Shown in pieces: positions 7,067-10,986 of a stretch of 10,986 bases of DNA. Both the position numbers and the translations under genes were made by a program. The notes under the pieces were generated by a model. That model was not told the DNA's origin and made no database searches. It saw only the letters and a program-made list of their open reading frames with translations. The number at the start of each line of letters is the position of its first letter. Within the stretch, counting starts at the first letter, position 1. The stretch comes from Octopus sinensis (lineage: Eukaryota), in contig NW_021827175.1 of NCBI RefSeq assembly GCF_006345805.1, forward strand, positions 1 through 10,986. The letters are read 5' to 3'.

Positions 7067-7207
7067 TTCTTTTATTCTTTTACTTGTTTCAGTCATTTGA
7101 CTGCGGCCATATTGGAGCATCGCTTTTAATCGAAGAAATCGATCCCAGGACTTATTCGTTGTAAGCCTAGTACTTATTCTATCGGTCTCTTTTGCTGAAC
7201 AGCTAAG
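7067..7207 (-). mobile_element. SINE family A, 3' module fragment
   Basis: Matches 7561-7696 (TTTTACTTGTTTCAGTCATTTGACTGCGGCC...CTATCGGTCTCTTTTG). Confidence 0.88.
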
Positions 7208-7249
7208 AAACGAGTCCGGTGCTCTAACCACTAGGCCATGTGCCTCCAC
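7208..7249 (-). mobile_element. 5' fragment of a third tRNA-derived SINE head
   Basis: The reverse complement GTGGAGGCACATGGCCTAGTGGTTAGAGCACCGGACTCG has a canonical A-box TGGCCTAGTGG (7228-7238). No B-box follows, so it is not a tRNA gene. Confidence 0.7.
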
Positions 7250-7484
7250 ATTATATTTTTATAGTTAGATATTATTAGAAATTGTATAAATAATTGTTAG
7301 ACTATTTTGTGTATTATAGAAGCATAACCAATTTATTGCACATTAATTTTAACAAAATCTTATAAGGACCCTTAAGGGCCATATGAACACCCCAAGGGCC
7401 ATGTGGGCCCCGAAGGCCATATGGACCACGCTAATCGCATATGGAAACCCCAGAAGCCATATGGACCCCGGTGGAGAGCCACTG
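7250..7484. mobile_element. hAT-like MITE copy 1 (right part only) with an expanded subterminal repeat array
   Basis: Ends ...GGACCCCGGTGGAGAGCCACTG (rc CAGTGGCTCTCCACCGGGGTCC, a CAGTGG-type hAT/Charlie-like TIR). Its AT-rich body 7262-7337 is similar to 8188-8265. Confidence 0.7.
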
Positions 7485-7545
7485 CACCTAGTTAACCCGA
7501 ATGCACATTTTTGTTAGATTGCATATACCTCAGAGCAGTGGTACT

Positions 7546-7764
7546 TACTCTTACTCTTTACTCTTTTACTTGTTTCAGTCATTTGACTGCGGCCATGCTG
7601 GAGCACCGCCTTTAGTCGAGCAAATCGACCCCGGGACTTATTCTTTTTGTAAGCCCAGTACTTATTCTATCGGTCTCTTTTTGCCGAACCGCTAAGTGAC
7701 GGGGACGTAAACACACCAGCATCGGTTGTCAAGCAATGCTAGGGGAACAAACACAGACACACAA

Positions 7765-7795
<31 letters not shown>

Positions 7796-7966
7796 CATAT
7801 ATACGACAGGCTTCTTTCAGTTTCCGTCTACCAAATCCACTCACTAGGCATCGGTCGGCCCGGGGCTATAGCAGAAGACACTTGCCCAAGTTGCCACGCA
7901 GTGGGACTGAACCCGGAACCATGTGGTTGGTTAGCAAGCTACCTACCACACAGCCACTCCTGCGCC
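7546..7966 (-). mobile_element. SINE family A, full length
   Basis: On minus: GGCGCAGGAGTGGCTGTGTGG head, B-box-like motif, body, TA/TG linker, 3' module and (AAGAGT)n-like tail. Confidence 0.95.
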
Positions 7967-8057
7967 TTATCCATTTTTTGGTCATGGACCCCTTTGAGGA
8001 TGCCCTTTGATTCTTATTGTACCCTATTGATTCCTCACAGATATTCGATGTTTAAAA

Positions 8058-8181
8058 CACACACATACACACACACGCACTCACGCACATATATATATAT
8101 ATACAACGGGCTTCTTTCAGTTTCCGTGCTTTGGTCGACCGAAGGCTATCGTAGAAGCAACTCGCCCAAGTTGCCACACAG
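8058..8181 (-). mobile_element. SINE family A fragment (body + linker microsatellite) with a ~20-bp internal deletion
   Basis: ACGGGCTTCTTTCAGTTTCCGT|GCTTTGGTCG...GCCCAAGTTGCCAC lacks the CTACCAAATCCACTCACAAG segment seen in other copies. Confidence 0.85.
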
Positions 8182-8265
8182 GAGCACTAATTAAACATTA
8201 TTAGGAATTGAATTTAGAAAATTACTCAAATATTTTGTGAGGTGTAGCAGAATAACCAATTTATT

Positions 8266-8670
8266 TATAACTTTGTTTTTCTTTTACCTGTTTCAGTCAT
8301 TAGACCGCGGCCATGCTGGGGCACCACCTTGAATTTTTAGTCGAATGAATCGACCCCAGTACCTATTTTATAAGCTTGGTACTTATTCTATCGGTCCCTG
8401 TGCCGAACCGCTACGTTACGCGGACGTAAACACACCCACACCGGTTGTCAAGTGGTGATGGGGGACAAACACAGATAACACACATAGATGTATATACGTA
8501 TATGTACGACAGGCTTCTTTCAGTTTCCGTCTACCAAATCCACTCACAAGGCTTTGGTCGGCACAAATCTATAGCAGAAGACACTTGACCAAAGTGCCAC
8601 GCAGTGGGACTGAACCTGGAACCATGAGGTTGGTAAGCAAGCTTCTTACCACGCAGCTACGTCCGCGCCT
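8266..8670 (-). mobile_element. SINE family A, full length, older or different subfamily
   Basis: All modules are present but the 3' module is diverged (GGGGCACCACCTTGAA; GTGGTGATGGGGGACAAAC). ATTTATT at 8259-8265 and 8671-8677 is a possible TSD. Confidence 0.9.
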
Positions 8671-9054
8671 ATTTATTGTAGATGATTTATTGTGGATACA
8701 TTTTAACAACAGAATCTGACATGGACCCCTGAGGGGTCCGCTTGAGTACCACTGGTATCGTGCAAACATGGCCAATGATTTTCGAGATATAGTTCTTTGT
8801 CAAGCAGATCGTACAACAAAATCTTGACGTAATCGTCCTTTGGGTGTGCCATCCAGTAAGAGCTGCGGGGGGCAGGTGACACATTTCTGGTAAAGAGATT
8901 GGGCTTGAAAAACTAAAGGAAATGATGAAGGTCTAACACCCAAATATATTTGGTGACTTATTCGCAGAATTGCATTCATTAAATCAAGGATTGTTTTAGC
9001 GAACGGAACTGGTTTCTTTCTCGTATCGTTCTTTTCTCTCTCTTTTTATTCACT

Positions 9055-9598
9055 TATTACCTCCGCTTCAGTGAAAGCGGAGGTATTGTTTTCAGTCATA
9101 TTTGTTTGTTTGTCCTTGGACAAGATATCTCAAGAACCGCTGCATGGATTCGGTCAGGGATGTTTGGCCTCATGACTGGCACGAACTGATTAGATTTCGG
9201 GATCGCTTCCGTACCGGACAAGGATTCTGAATTATATTTTATATTTACTATACATGATTACGATATTACGTTAACTTTCACGTCTTTTTCAATTATCTCC
9301 CTTTAGGCTGTAACTATTTTGAATGATAAATTTGTTAACTTTGGCTTGTATTAATTAGATAAAGATAAACTATTTATTCCTCATACCAAATTTTTTACAG
9401 CCACCTTCACATTCTGGATTATTTTTCCGGTTTCTTTTTTTTACTTTATTTTTGAGAGCGGTCGAGTTCACTTTTTGTTTTGTCCTTTGTGAGAGCAGTC
9501 GGGTTTATTTCAGATGTTATTATAAAAATCATCTCTGGCGAATCGTTGAGAGGACGTTGGTGTTGCCTTGGCGGTGGTTTGCGCTCTCTGAGTGCTTT
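9055..9598 (+). mobile_element. Helentron/DINE-1-type non-autonomous element (HINE)
   Basis: 5' 11-bp perfect inverted repeat TACCTCCGCTT-cagtga-AAGCGGAGGTA (9058-9085), then short (GTTT)n. A 3' subterminal copy GGCGGTGGT (9570-9578) is followed by a small palindrome GCGCTC-tct-GAGTGC (9581-9595) and a T-run. This is the established DINE-1/HINE architecture. Confidence 0.8.
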
Positions 9599-9675
9599 TG
9601 TTATTGTTAATATAGCTTTAGTCTCAATAGACACTGGATACTTTGCCGACCTCCATGATACATCGCGAACACATA

Positions 9676-9865
9676 CGCGCGCGCGTGTGTGTGTCTGTGT
9701 GTGTTTGTGTGTGTATGTGCATATATATGTATGCGTATATGCATCTATATATGCAAATATATATATATATATGCATATATTAAGTATACATATAACATAT
9801 ATACGTACATAAATATACTACATAAGTATATTATATAGTACATATGTTGGTGTGTTGTGTGTGTT

Positions 9866-9916
<51 letters not shown>

Positions 9917-10046
9917 TATATATGTATGTATGTATGTATGTATCTGCTAGTATGTAACTTTAAATAAACACACACACCACACACACACACACACACACCA
10001 CTCAACACACACACACAACACACACATATATATATTAAGATATATA

Positions 10047-10089
<43 letters not shown>

Positions 10090-10092
10090 TAT
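9676..10092. repeat. Compound microsatellite field: (CG)n, (TG)n, (TA)n, (TATG)n, (CA)n
   Basis: Directly visible; source of the YIYI/CVCV spurious ORFs. Confidence 0.95.
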
Positions 10093-10098
10093 GAGTGT

Positions 10099-10411
10099 CT
10101 GTGTGGCACCTTGGGCAAGTGCCTTCTACTATAGTCTCGGGCCGACCAAAGACTTTGAGTAAATTTGGTAGACGGAGACTGAAAGAAGCCCGTCGCATAT
10201 GTGTGTGTGTTTGGTCCCTTCAACATCTCTTGACGACCGATGCTTGTGTGTTTACGTCCCCGTAACCTAGCGGTTCGGCAAAAGACACCGATAGAAAAAG
10301 TACTAGGCTTACGAACAATAAGTCCTGGAGTCGATTTGCTCGACTAAAGGCGGTGTTCCAGCATGGCCACAGTCAAAATGACTGAAACAAATAAAAGAAT
10401 AAAAGAATAAG
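10099..10411 (+). mobile_element. SINE family A, 5'-truncated, with an (ATAAAAGA)n tail
   Basis: Starts at CTGTGTGGCACCTTGGGCAAGT (no A or B box), has a short linker and a complete 3' module, and ends AAACAAATAAAAGAATAAAAGAATAAG. Confidence 0.92.
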
Positions 10412-10530
10412 AGAGAGGGAGAGGGGGAGGAAGAGAGAGGGAGTAGGAAGAAAGAGAGAGGAGAAGAGAGTATGGGAGAGGGAAATACGTCGAAAGATGA
10501 GAGAAGCCAGAGGAGACTGGGATATAAGAA
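10411..10530. repeat. Purine-rich (GA-type) low-complexity tract
   Basis: Directly visible. Confidence 0.85.
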
Positions 10531-10644
10531 TAAGAGAAGCTATGGGGTGGATGTAAATGCCGAAAAAATAACGAGGAAAACTGTACGGGTACCCTCGCCC
10601 CACCCGGAATAGGTTATCACTCTGATTCTATTAATACGTAAGCA

Positions 10645-10687
10645 TGTATATATGTATGTCTCTCTCTCTCTCTCTTCATATATATAT

Positions 10688-10718
<31 letters not shown>

Positions 10719-10780
10719 TATATATTATATATATATTATTTGTGTGTGTGTACGTATGTTTGTATGTGGATGGTGTGCGA
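10645..10780. repeat. Compound (CT)n/(TA)n/(TG)n microsatellite
   Basis: Directly visible. Confidence 0.93.
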
Positions 10781-10899
10781 ATGTGTATAGAGGAGTTCAG
10801 ATCTGAGTCTCCAATCCCAAAAGAGAAAAAAATTGATAGCTCCTACCTGGATACGTATATCTGTCTTCTTTATCTATATATAATATATGTCTATCTATG

Positions 10900-10975
<76 letters not shown>

Positions 10976-10986
10976 GTCTATCTATC
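10900..10986. repeat. (TCTA)n / (GATA)n tetranucleotide repeat, ~21 units, running off the window end
   Basis: Directly visible, with one TCTG variant. Confidence 0.97.

Larger units (their letters stand above)
7536..8754. mobile_element. hAT-like MITE copy 2 (~270 bp when reconstructed), split by three SINE-A insertions
   Basis: Left TIR start CAGTGGTACT (7536-7545) is the exact reverse complement of the right end AGTACCACTG (8745-8754). Body pieces are 7967-8057, 8182-8265 and 8671-8754; the last two are colinear with copy 1. The 8-bp flanks do not match (CCTCAGAG vs GTATCGTG). Confidence 0.68.

Noticed and set aside
6704-7249. Longest ORF (181 aa, minus)
   Set aside because: It reads through a SINE head, the SINE-A tail, a CA repeat and the Helitron; no coherent protein.
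7208-7249. tRNA gene (also the A/B boxes in SINE heads)
   Set aside because: No complete cloverleaf; these are SINE heads.
9944-9953. CTGCTAGTAT identical to the Helitron 3' end at 6838-6847
   Set aside because: No upstream hairpin or Helitron body; it lies within microsatellites and is likely chance.
9840-10092. Apparent large inverted repeat (TG/TA block vs CA/TA block) and irregular interruptions in the microsatellites
   Set aside because: Simple repeats are trivially complementary. The stray single-base interruptions here and at 1-300 and 10680-10740 may be long-read consensus errors, which is also a caveat for the ORF1 frameshifts.

Overview
Eukaryotic, repeat-saturated non-coding DNA with no intact protein-coding gene, RNA gene or CRISPR array. 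I recognise the SINE, MITE and Helitron sequences from memory as typical of Octopus (cephalopod) genomes; this was not checked against a database. Contents: (i) a ~400-bp tRNA-headed composite SINE, here called family A, with an internal (TA)n(TG)n linker, in about 8 full or partial copies; (ii) a second tRNA-headed SINE, family B, in two head-to-tail tandem arrays and with three alternative 3' tails; (iii) a decayed gag-like ORF1 of a non-LTR retrotransposon (1858-3160) whose frame is restored by removing one SINE-A copy; (iv) a complete non-autonomous Helitron (TC...CTAG, 6448-6844); (v) a Helentron/DINE-1-type non-autonomous element (9055-9598); (vi) two copies of a hAT-like MITE, one split by three SINE insertions; (vii) one end of a Tc2/pogo-like element; (viii) many microsatellites. 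Apart from the ORF1 pieces, the supplied ORFs are SINE, microsatellite or other uninformative read-throughs. A few weak candidate host exons sit in the unique-looking gaps. I see no clear novel gene system. The most interesting signals concern TE mechanics: recurrent SINE multimer junctions, modular SINE assembly, nested insertions and a possibly captured filler.
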